Below are positions 53,201-61,014 of a DNA stretch of 64,000 nucleotides, one piece after another. Each line of letters opens with the position of its first letter. Positions within the stretch are counted from its first letter, which is position 1. The notes beneath the pieces are model-generated. The model saw only the letters and a list, made by a program, of their open reading frames with translations, was not told where the DNA came from and did not search any database. The DNA is taken from contig JAHPZH010000001.1 in assembly GCA_019058315.1 (NCBI GenBank), positions 1,009,432 through 1,073,431 of the forward strand. The letters are read 5' to 3'. The DNA comes from Candidatus Helarchaeota archaeon. GTDB taxonomy: Archaea > Asgardarchaeota > Lokiarchaeia > Helarchaeales > RDOG01. The position numbers and the translations under genes are program-made.

Positions 53201-54516
53201 GAACTACTACTACTGGTTGGATTCCAATATTTACAAATGCTCTTGTAAATTCTTGGGTAAATGATTTCTATATGGATGGCGGTGTTTGGAGTGGTTTAAG
53301 TGAAGGAAACCACACGGTTTATTTTAAATGCTGGGATGATGCAGGAAATATTAATGACGGTCCTGCCCCTTCGTGGCAATTTTATAAGGATATTACTCCT
53401 CCAAATTTTACATTTTATACGGTTTCGGGGGGATATTATAATTCGGAACCGTATATACAAATGTGGTTCAAAGATAACTTGAATTTGTCAGGTGCATATT
53501 ACCAAATTGATTCTTTTAATCCGCAAGGAAACGATATTACAAATTGGACTTTTATCCCATTTTCTCTAAACGCAAAGTCCATATTTGTCGGATTTCAACC
53601 GTCATTATTAGTTTTTAATTCATTAACTGATGGTAACCACACTTTCTATTTCAAGGTCTTTGATGATGCTGGCAATATAAATGATACTATAAATTATACA
53701 TGGGAATTTTATAAAGATACAGCAATCCAAGCACCTACTGGATTAACTGGTAAAATAATAAAAGGAACTAATAATAATACATTAAATATAGGTTGGACAA
53801 ATCCAACAGATTTATCTGGGATAGTTGGCGTATATTATAGATTAGGGGCACCACCAACTTCAAATACTAATGGAACCTATGTAACTGGCTTAAATATTAA
53901 TCATTTAAATATAACAGTATTTGGGGATGGACCTTTTACCATATATATATGGCTTAATGACTCAGTTGGGAATTGCAATTATACTATGTATACAAATATT
54001 ACACTTGTTCTAGAAAAAGCAAAACCTGATATTTCTACAATTATTGCAACAATTTTAAGTGGAACTTTTAATAATGGATTTGATCTTTTAAGGATATTAA
54101 TATTCGGAATTGTAGGTAGTGTAGCTGTTGCGATTACTTTAGGAGTATATAGGTATAAAAAAAGTTCAAGAGTTAAAAGTGTAAAAAAGAAGGCAAGAGC
54201 CAAAGCCCTAAAAGCTAAAGTTATTAAGGAATCTATTGAAAAACCTCTCCCAATTTTTACCGAAAAAACAACACTCGAAGAAAAAATACAAAAATTGCAA
54301 TCGGATGGAATTCCAATAGATTCAATTACCAAACAATATGATCCCGAATTAAATGCCTATTTTGAGAAAGATCTTGCAACATTATCTACTGAAGTCAAGG
54401 AAAGAATAATGAAATTAGATATTCCAATTGAAGAAAAAATCTCTATATTCGAAGAATTTAGGAGTTTACCCGAAAAATTACAAAACGAATTTCTTAAAGA
54501 GTTAGAAGAAGAGTAA
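50266..54516 (+). CDS. Type I membrane surface protein: 8 beta-propeller-like repeats + 6 Ig-like repeats + FN3-like + TM + cytoplasmic tail
   Basis: Likely ATG at 50266 after AAGGTGA (the track start is 50233). Signal peptide. Repeats WxxNGxxIC…CSDGxGGAIIxWxDxR…DIYAQRI (~55 aa) and DxxPP…GNYYN…YFKAWDDxxNxN…WQFYKD (~109 aa). TM ILIFGIVGSVAVAITLGVY followed by RYKK. Confidence 0.93.
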   Translation: MKKNNFSSKSLILLVIFSLSFTLLYSNSSNNLSLWSFTQLINKINNFEDSNIFTNEDLKWVNNGTPICTEDYSQSGAKICSDGDGGVIIIWSDGRDSNTDIYAQRLNSSGIAQWTPNGTPICQFSGGQTQLQICSDGNGGAIITWTDYRDGANTDIYAQRIDSNGVVNWTINGIPICKEDDAQHQPEICSDGAGGAIIVWQDGRPGGANDDIYAQRINSNGIALWTPNGTLICDQINYQRNPEICSDGVGGAIFTWEDERNGGGIRDIYAQRIDSTGFVLWLANGISICTEINNQYYPEICSDDNGGAIITWEDHRITSSNRDIYAHKVDSMGNLLWTDNGTPICTTSNNQYSPKLCSDDDGGAIITWEDERVGTKDIYAQRINSSEAVMWTSNGANICTAINSQESPSISSDGAGGAIIAWTDWRNGTEMDIYAQQINSTGAVQWTMDGIPICTFNYNQMGSFVFSKAGEAFITWADRRTGTLYDDLYAQHVVFDEIPPSITVYSPPGNYYNSPPVMDVDFNDDYNLDDAYYKVDSFTPSGTNTTGWNTIFTNNDGNTNTTDFTMATSIWTSLTQGLHTVYFKAWDDVNNVNDGSSPSWQFYKDTQAPSITVNMLGGNTYTSAPVMDVDFLDAFSLDDGYYRVDSYNPQGTNPTDWTEIFTNLANDSYTSNFTMSSSVWNSLTQGSHTVYFKAWDDVNNVNDGSSPSWQFYKDTNAPDIIINTGSGNYYNSPPSMDVDFNDSISLDDGYYKVNSWVPSDFITTGWYEVFNNYGGSTYTIDFTMNGSLWNTLNEGSNTVYFKAWDDEGNINNGSSPSWQFYKDITDPYFSFITPSGNYYNYEIPSILVDLKDNLNLSWVYYQIDNDQPKDADLTNWTVIFIDLSSNDTVINFGVNNTIFNSLSEGSHNLYIKISDDAGNINDTNLEYFQFWKDTTPPTITVNSPQGNYYNSTPYMDMDFNDNYLLDDAYYKVDSWSPNGTTTTGWIPIFTNALVNSWVNDFYMDGGVWSGLSEGNHTVYFKCWDDAGNINDGPAPSWQFYKDITPPNFTFYTVSGGYYNSEPYIQMWFKDNLNLSGAYYQIDSFNPQGNDITNWTFIPFSLNAKSIFVGFQPSLLVFNSLTDGNHTFYFKVFDDAGNINDTINYTWEFYKDTAIQAPTGLTGKIIKGTNNNTLNIGWTNPTDLSGIVGVYYRLGAPPTSNTNGTYVTGLNINHLNITVFGDGPFTIYIWLNDSVGNCNYTMYTNITLVLEKAKPDISTIIATILSGTFNNGFDLLRILIFGIVGSVAVAITLGVYRYKKSSRVKSVKKKARAKALKAKVIKESIEKPLPIFTEKTTLEEKIQKLQSDGIPIDSITKQYDPELNAYFEKDLATLSTEVKERIMKLDIPIEEKISIFEEFRSLPEKLQNEFLKELEEE
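50440..53720 (+). repeat. Internal coding repeats (8 x ~165 nt, then 6 x ~327 nt)
   Basis: Protein repeats as above. DNA at ~51980-52080 is nearly identical to ~52310-52410. Confidence 0.9.
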
Positions 54517-54524
54517 TTACTAAT

Positions 54525-56747
54525 TTACTCAAATATTTTTTTTACTAATTCGCTCGCGGATTTAAAAAGAGCTACATTACCAGACCAAGTTTTTAATTCT
54601 TTTTTAAATTTTGATTCAAATTCATTAATATATACATTCAATTTTTTTATTATACTATCAATTGGTTGTCCTTTTAGAATTAATGCCGCTCTTATATTTT
54701 CAGCATCATCTAAAGCAATTTCAAAATTTTTATAAGCCAATTTAGTCATACTGGTTTCTGTTTGAGATAGTTCAGAGCCAAAGGATTGAATTGCTGTTAA
54801 AAAACCGCCTAAAAGGTCAGGATCAATTTTTGATTCCGTAAAATTATATTCATGTAGAGTTAATCCTGAACTTTTATCAATAATCATTAAATATTGTATA
54901 ACAATTTTGGTATATCTCTTCTTTAATCCATCAAATACTGGATTTTTTTCATCAACAAGCGTGCATAATTGTTGAATTTGAGTTTCTTGTTCTGGAAAAG
55001 TCTGTTGGTATGTTTCTAAATTTTGGCAAGCAATACGATTAACCTCTGAAAACCATTTTAATAAATCAAATTCAAGGTTAATACGATTCTTTACTGACAG
55101 ATTATCTCCAGTTCTATAATTTTTATCAAGATCATTTATCCATTCTTGTAAAGTATCAATTATACTTAGACCTGGTAGGCTTCTATCTAGTTTAGTTTTA
55201 ATTTCTTTCATTAAAAGCAATATATCCCCTATGTTCCAATTCCCTTCATCACAATAATCGAATAAAGTGAAAAATCTTAAAATAATTTCAGTTGAATCAA
55301 GGATTTTTTGGCTAATTTTTTCAGTTTTTCCTGCCAATTTAGAAGCAGTTTCAAAAGCCATTTGTATTAAATTCTTCAGGTACGCTAGAAATCCCGTAGC
55401 TTGTTTTAAATCTTTCGTCCAAACGGTTAGAATTGCATCGTGATTTTTAATAGTAGATTCGATAATCATATTGTCAGCAGTCACTTTGGCAATTCCAGAA
55501 TATAAAGCGAGATACTGTTCTTTATCTACATTAATTTCGCTTAAATCTAGAGCGGAAATCTGATCTATAATTATATTAAATGCCAAATTATCATCAATTT
55601 TAAATGGAATTTTTGCAGAACCTTTTTGTAGTTGTGATTTTAGCAATTCAATTTGGGTCAATATTTTCGGCTGAACTAGGGGGCATTTTATTTGAATTTC
55701 TTTGGGTGTAACTGTTGCTGTGTGAGGATTTCCAAAGGGATCAATAAAAGATACTGATCCAAAGACTTTTGATTTTCCACAAGTTAAAGGTATTAAATCA
55801 AAATCTACGCCTCTAGATTCACCTGGTTTTAAAATATCGACGACTTTCACTCTATCAGGTATTTCGTATTGTGAGGTAGGAACAAGTGTGACATTAATAT
55901 CAGTAATAACTGTTTTAGAAACATTCTGGACTGCTATTTTAAAGCGAATTCCACCTCCCACATAGTCATATTCTCTTTTGACATTTAATAAATCTTCAAT
56001 TTCTCTTGTGGGAGAAGTTGGTTTTGTAATTGTTGTAGTTTTTATAGGTATTGGAGGCTTAACGGGAATTAAAGGTTCAATTTCTTCTTTTAGTTCAACT
56101 TTCAAATATTTTTGGATAGATTCTACTTTTTTTTCAACTATTTTATAGAAATTTTTCTCCTTTTTTATAATACCTGAAGAAATTAAGCGCTCTAAATGAT
56201 ATTTTATAACTTTAGGGTCTAAATCTACTATATCTTTTAATTTACCAAGGTCAAGGTCTGGTAGATTAAAAATTTTTTTAAATATTAAAAGTGAATTTTC
56301 GTTTTTCAAAGCCAAAAGTGGCTCTTCGGATCCTTTATTAAAATTTGATGGAAAAAATGTTCGATATTTTAGATATTTCTTGCGATAAATCATATTAAAA
56401 TTTTCTAAAACTTTTAAGTGCCAATTTGCCACTTTGGGATTTAAATTTAAATTTTCTCTTAATTCTCTTAAGTGGCTTCCTGGATTTTCATTAATATAAT
56501 TTAAAATATCTTCTCTTTTTTTGTTAGAAAGAACATTTGAAATAGTTAATTTCTTTTCAGGAAAAATTAACTTGTTTAAGATTAGATTATAAATTGCTTG
56601 GCTAATTTCAACATTTGAATAATTAAATTGACTCCTTGCAGCTGATTGAAGTTTTCTTATATTTAATCTTTTATTTTTATTGGCAAATTGATCAGCAATT
56701 TTTAATATATCTTTTTCAATTTTGCTTATTTTAGTTAATTTTTCCAA
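54525..56747 (-). CDS. Winged-HTH + adaptin-appendage-like (Ig + platform) + helical + C-terminal longin-like fusion protein
   Basis: wHTH ILNYINENPGSHLRELRENL…WHLKVLE, then a second wHTH (KYHLERL). Ig-like RFKIAVQN…LKPGESRGVDFDL. Longin-like C-terminus YLMIIDKSSGLTL…DPDLLGGFLTAIQSFGSEL…EFESKF…WSGNVALF. Confidence 0.85.
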   Translation of the reverse strand: MEKLTKISKIEKDILKIADQFANKNKRLNIRKLQSAARSQFNYSNVEISQAIYNLILNKLIFPEKKLTISNVLSNKKREDILNYINENPGSHLRELRENLNLNPKVANWHLKVLENFNMIYRKKYLKYRTFFPSNFNKGSEEPLLALKNENSLLIFKKIFNLPDLDLGKLKDIVDLDPKVIKYHLERLISSGIIKKEKNFYKIVEKKVESIQKYLKVELKEEIEPLIPVKPPIPIKTTTITKPTSPTREIEDLLNVKREYDYVGGGIRFKIAVQNVSKTVITDINVTLVPTSQYEIPDRVKVVDILKPGESRGVDFDLIPLTCGKSKVFGSVSFIDPFGNPHTATVTPKEIQIKCPLVQPKILTQIELLKSQLQKGSAKIPFKIDDNLAFNIIIDQISALDLSEINVDKEQYLALYSGIAKVTADNMIIESTIKNHDAILTVWTKDLKQATGFLAYLKNLIQMAFETASKLAGKTEKISQKILDSTEIILRFFTLFDYCDEGNWNIGDILLLMKEIKTKLDRSLPGLSIIDTLQEWINDLDKNYRTGDNLSVKNRINLEFDLLKWFSEVNRIACQNLETYQQTFPEQETQIQQLCTLVDEKNPVFDGLKKRYTKIVIQYLMIIDKSSGLTLHEYNFTESKIDPDLLGGFLTAIQSFGSELSQTETSMTKLAYKNFEIALDDAENIRAALILKGQPIDSIIKKLNVYINEFESKFKKELKTWSGNVALFKSASELVKKIFE

Positions 56748-56907
56748 ATTTTACCCCAAATTTTACATTAATATTATTGCTTTATTTTATAATTTATAAA
56801 ATATTCTTTGAGAAAATATTTTTTCAATATAAATTTTAAATTTTATATCTATCAATAGGCGTAATGTCTAATAAATTAAATATAAAATTACTAGAAGAGA
56901 TGAAAAT

Positions 56908-58110
56908 ATGCCAAGAAAGGTTGCCATTGTTGGAATTGGGATGTATCCTTTTAGAGTAAGGCATCCAAAAACAAGTTATTACAACATGGCTTATGAAACA
57001 ACTAAACAAACTTTAGAAGATGCAAAATTAACGATTGATCAAATTGATAGTGCGGTTTATGGCATATATAATGATTTTTTCGAACGACAATTTATGCCAG
57101 ATATCATTGTTCACGATCATATTGGTATGATACTAAAGCCCGGAACGCGTGTTACGACTGGTGGGGCAACTGGGGGATATGCAATTCGAACCGCCTATAT
57201 GGAAGTCGCAAGTGGTCTTTCGGATATTGTTCTATGTTTAGGTGTAGAGAAATCAAATGATTGCTGGGATCCTGAAACTGAACAAAGAACACCAGAATTA
57301 GTAAAAGCAATTTCTTATTCTGCAGACTGCACATGGGTTCGACCTTTAGGGAGTTTTCCCGCAGCTTCATACGTCCTCCCAGTACGAGCACATATTGAGA
57401 AATTTGGAAATCCCTCAGAAGAATCTATGGCTCGTGTTTCAGTAAAAAATCATGGAAATGCTATTGGAAATGTCAATGCTCAAAGCCCAATGAAAATAAC
57501 CATAGATGATGTATTGAAATCAAGATATATTTCAGAACCCTTTAAGAAATTAGACTGTTGTTTATATAGTGAAGGGGCGGCCGCTATGATTATAGCGAGC
57601 GAAGAAAAAGCTAAAGAAATTTGTAGAAATACTGGAAAAGATCCAATTTGGATAACTGGGATTGGAGCTGGAAACGACTCAAATTTTGGAGGGTTGCGTG
57701 AAAAATTATGGTCTTTAACTTCTAATGTCTATGCAAGCAAACAATGTTATAAAATGGCTGGAATTAAAAACCCTTTAAAAGAATTAGATGTTGCGGAACT
57801 ACATGATGCCTTTACAGGGCAAGAAATTTTAAGTTATGAAGACTGCGGATTTGCAAAACACGGTGAGGGGTATAAATTAATTGATGATGGTATAGTTGAA
57901 GAAGGGGGAGAACTTCCAGTCAACCTTTCTGGGGGTTTGATTGGCTGTGGGCATGCAGTTGGTGCAACTGGGATATTTCAAGGTGGAGAAATCATCAAAC
58001 AACTACGTGGAGAATCACATCGCCAAACGAAAGATCCTGAAAAGGGATTTCTACATTCAGTAGGGGGACCAGTAACAGCGTATTGTGTATGTATTGTTAT
58101 GGAGAGATAA
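56908..58110 (+). CDS. Thiolase-family protein (SCP2/archaeal type), nucleophile Cys absent
   Basis: VAIVGIG, KNHGNA, DCCLYSEGAAA, AELHDAF and VNLSGGLIGCGHAVGATG. TTGGATGG sits at the position of the CxSG motif. Confidence 0.9.
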   Translation: MPRKVAIVGIGMYPFRVRHPKTSYYNMAYETTKQTLEDAKLTIDQIDSAVYGIYNDFFERQFMPDIIVHDHIGMILKPGTRVTTGGATGGYAIRTAYMEVASGLSDIVLCLGVEKSNDCWDPETEQRTPELVKAISYSADCTWVRPLGSFPAASYVLPVRAHIEKFGNPSEESMARVSVKNHGNAIGNVNAQSPMKITIDDVLKSRYISEPFKKLDCCLYSEGAAAMIIASEEKAKEICRNTGKDPIWITGIGAGNDSNFGGLREKLWSLTSNVYASKQCYKMAGIKNPLKELDVAELHDAFTGQEILSYEDCGFAKHGEGYKLIDDGIVEEGGELPVNLSGGLIGCGHAVGATGIFQGGEIIKQLRGESHRQTKDPEKGFLHSVGGPVTAYCVCIVMER

Positions 58111-58113
58111 GAT

Positions 58114-58575
58114 ATGAGTGAAAAAAAAGACTTTTTAGAATATTATGATGAGATGATTATACATTATCAATATAGTGTTGGCGAAATTTCGAAATTCTTC
58201 CTTGAGGTAAAAAATAATGGCAAATTATTCGGAACACGTTGTACTAAATGCGGTTTTGGCTTTTTTCCACCGCGTATAAATTGTCATAAATGCTATGAAC
58301 CCTGTGAATGGGTCGAATTGAGTGGGAAAGGTGAAATTATTGCAGGTACTTTAGCACATTTTGGTGTGAGCAATTTTACTCAAGTTGTTCCTATAACAAT
58401 AGCTTTTATAAAGATGGACGAAATGGACATGGCAATCCGCCATACTGTTGTTATGGACTCCAAAGATCTTTCAATGGATAATCTAAAGAAAGGTACAAGA
58501 GTAAAAGTACAATTTAGACCTAAAAATGAAAGAGAGGGAAAAATTACAGACTTCTATTTTGTATTAGATAAGTGA
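58114..58575 (+). CDS. DUF35 Zn-ribbon/OB-fold thiolase partner
   Basis: GTRCTKCGFGFFPPRINCHKC, WVELSGKG and GTRVKVQF. Directly downstream of the thiolase. Confidence 0.92.
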   Translation: MSEKKDFLEYYDEMIIHYQYSVGEISKFFLEVKNNGKLFGTRCTKCGFGFFPPRINCHKCYEPCEWVELSGKGEIIAGTLAHFGVSNFTQVVPITIAFIKMDEMDMAIRHTVVMDSKDLSMDNLKKGTRVKVQFRPKNEREGKITDFYFVLDK

Positions 58576-58615
58576 TTCTAAAATTATTTTAAGGAAATAT
58601 ATGAAGAATTCCACT

Positions 58616-59968
58616 TTATAATCGAAAATCTTGTCGTAATTTACCCCAAATCGCTACAAATATATTTCCTAATTGTTCGATCTGGAAAGGATCTTCTACT
58701 TTGAATCCATTTGGAACACCGAACCTATCATTTAATGCAAATACAAGCTCTTCCCGATCTCTATTTATACCCCAAATCGATTGTTCCTCAAAATTTCTAA
58801 TTGAAATATTTACTTTATTATAATTTGAAAATATATCTCGATGACTAGAGTCATTTGGTTTTATATTTGTAATAATCCGAAATTTCATTGTCGCTTTAAT
58901 ATCAGACAAATTTAAAATCTTAGGTAACATTTCGATACTTGGAAATATTAAAATAGCATTATGTTTGACCCTTTTTACTACCTGGCTTAATTTTTCAATA
59001 GCTTGATCTTGTCCTTTTAGTAAATTTGGCATATTATCAATTATTCCCCTTTCCGCTTTAGCAAGGGATTCTTCATAAGTATTCATTTTCATATTTCTTT
59101 CAAGAAGCTCTTCAGCCATTTTCTCAACTGTATTATCCATTTCTGTTATTTTCCCGTCTTTTGATTTTATCTCTTTTTCTAATTTTTCTTTAGTTACTTC
59201 CAATTCACTTATATAAGATCGATTTTTATTGAGCTCATCCCCTTGAATTCGTATTTTGTTCTTTAATTCCAATATTTCTTTTGTAGTCTCCTCTTGATAT
59301 TGTTCGAATTTCGATTTTTGCTCAACAATTTCATTGTTAAATTGGATTTTGTTCTGATTTAACGATTCATTAAATTGTGCTTCGTTTTCCTTAATTTCAT
59401 TTAGGAAATTGGTTTTAATTTCTCCAATTTGATTTTGTAATTCTTGAATACGATCATTAAAATTTGCAATTTCTGAATTTTTTTGTTCAATTTCCTCATT
59501 TTTTAATTGAACTTCCGTTTCTAATCTTGCCTTTATATTGCCAAATGTTGAGATTTTATTTTGTTGTTGACTAGATTTGGTTTGTAATTCGTTGTAATTA
59601 GTCTGTAATTTATTTGCTTTGTCTTCTAAACCTATTATTTTGGCATTTAAAGTTCCTATGTCTGCTCTTAACTTTAATTCATTATCTTCTAATTGTTTAA
59701 TTCGCGATTTATAATCTTCAATCTGACCTTTAAGTATTGTACTTTCACTAACTTTTTCTTCTGCGGTAACTTCAGCTTTTCTTCGTTTTTCTTCTGCGTC
59801 TTTCAGTTCTTTTTTTAATTGTTTGATCTCTTCTTTCTTTCGCTTTATCTCTCTACTTTTTTTATCTGACTCATCTTTTTCGTCTTTTTTATACTTTTGC
59901 TCAATCTCTTTTATTTTCCTTTTCAAATCTTCTATTTCTTGATCTTTTTTACGAAACACTTCATCCAA
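58616..59968 (-). CDS. Long coiled-coil protein with C-terminal TrmB/PLD-like alpha/beta domain
   Basis: ~310 aa of heptads, then KHNAILIFP…FRIITN…WGINRDREELVFA…VAIW. TTG start after GGGAGGGA. Confidence 0.85.
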   Translation of the reverse strand: MDEVFRKKDQEIEDLKRKIKEIEQKYKKDEKDESDKKSREIKRKKEEIKQLKKELKDAEEKRRKAEVTAEEKVSESTILKGQIEDYKSRIKQLEDNELKLRADIGTLNAKIIGLEDKANKLQTNYNELQTKSSQQQNKISTFGNIKARLETEVQLKNEEIEQKNSEIANFNDRIQELQNQIGEIKTNFLNEIKENEAQFNESLNQNKIQFNNEIVEQKSKFEQYQEETTKEILELKNKIRIQGDELNKNRSYISELEVTKEKLEKEIKSKDGKITEMDNTVEKMAEELLERNMKMNTYEESLAKAERGIIDNMPNLLKGQDQAIEKLSQVVKRVKHNAILIFPSIEMLPKILNLSDIKATMKFRIITNIKPNDSSHRDIFSNYNKVNISIRNFEEQSIWGINRDREELVFALNDRFGVPNGFKVEDPFQIEQLGNIFVAIWGKLRQDFRL

Positions 59969-60075
59969 AGAAATCCCTCCCTTATTAGTGGGTAAATTTC
60001 TTTATTATTAATATCGAATAATATAAGATGTAAATTTGTATGTTTCTTTTATTATTTAACTTTAACTCATATTAA

Positions 60076-60450
60076 CTAACTACTAGCAGCTTTAACTGCT
60101 ATATCATGTACTTCAATCCAATATTTTCTTAAACCTAATCCTGCCCACCAAATACCACAGCCACTCAAAATTAATAGGGCATATACTACGATAAATAATG
60201 GAAGGTATATAATATTTATATTGATCATATCCGGGTAGGAGATGAATATTCCTGTTAGCAAGTTCGAGGATGCAAAAACTATTCCTATTTCTAAACAAAT
60301 AAGTCCTATCGTAGTACCTTTCCACGGTCTCCATCTATCTGAGAATTTTGTTAGCTGATATAATCTATATTGGTAGAAACAGAATATTCCACCACCAATG
60401 AATACTAAAATCATGAAAACAACAGCTATCCACATTAGAATTGCTGGCAT
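60076..60450 (-). CDS. Small 3-TM membrane protein
   Basis: Three hydrophobic segments. The start overlaps the stop of the upstream gene (TAATG). Confidence 0.8.
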   Translation of the reverse strand: MPAILMWIAVVFMILVFIGGGIFCFYQYRLYQLTKFSDRWRPWKGTTIGLICLEIGIVFASSNLLTGIFISYPDMININIIYLPLFIVVYALLILSGCGIWWAGLGLRKYWIEVHDIAVKAASS

Positions 60451-60869
60451 TAAGATTTTCCTCCTTTTGCACTTTCAATATTTCTAATGAATTCTCTAAT
60501 AGAGATAATGCTTTTTATCATTCCTATAATAGCTATACCAAAACCAATGAAAGTATTTATTATAAAAATAGGTTGTTCAAAGGGATTTCGTATAAAAATA
60601 TCCAGACTGAATCCCATACCAAAAAATGCCGGATTTGAGAGATAGACGTAACCAAAAAAGCAAAATACAAAAAGAACAAACCCAATTATAAATAAGGAAA
60701 GACCATATACTTGTGATCCCCAATGATCCCAAACTTTATCATCGGTTCTAAATGAATATATCTTTCTATGTTGTAAAATATTCTTTGTAATTAAAGATAA
60801 TAATACTACAAATATCAAAATTATTGCTCCAAGCATTAATACAGTAACTTGTTGAGTATCCATAATCAA
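60450..60869 (-). CDS. Small 3-TM membrane protein
   Basis: Three hydrophobic segments; translationally coupled to 60076-60450. Confidence 0.8.
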   Translation of the reverse strand: MIMDTQQVTVLMLGAIILIFVVLLSLITKNILQHRKIYSFRTDDKVWDHWGSQVYGLSLFIIGFVLFVFCFFGYVYLSNPAFFGMGFSLDIFIRNPFEQPIFIINTFIGFGIAIIGMIKSIISIREFIRNIESAKGGKS

Positions 60870-61014
60870 TCATCCACTCTAAGAAATTTCTGTGTATTTT
60901 TAAAATATTTAAAATATCTAAAATATTTTTAAAAAAGTTGTAATAATAAACTTAATTTTTTAAATTATTATTTAAATTTTTACAAATTATATTGTATCTC
61001 TATTTTATCCTAAT

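Noticed and set aside
58616-59968. SMC/Rad50 ATPase
   Set aside because: Coiled coil only; no Walker A/B or signature motif.
60895-60940. AAAATAT direct/inverted repeats in an intergenic region (similar at ~56795-56825)
   Set aside because: Expected by chance in extremely AT-rich spacers; cannot be supported as operator sites.
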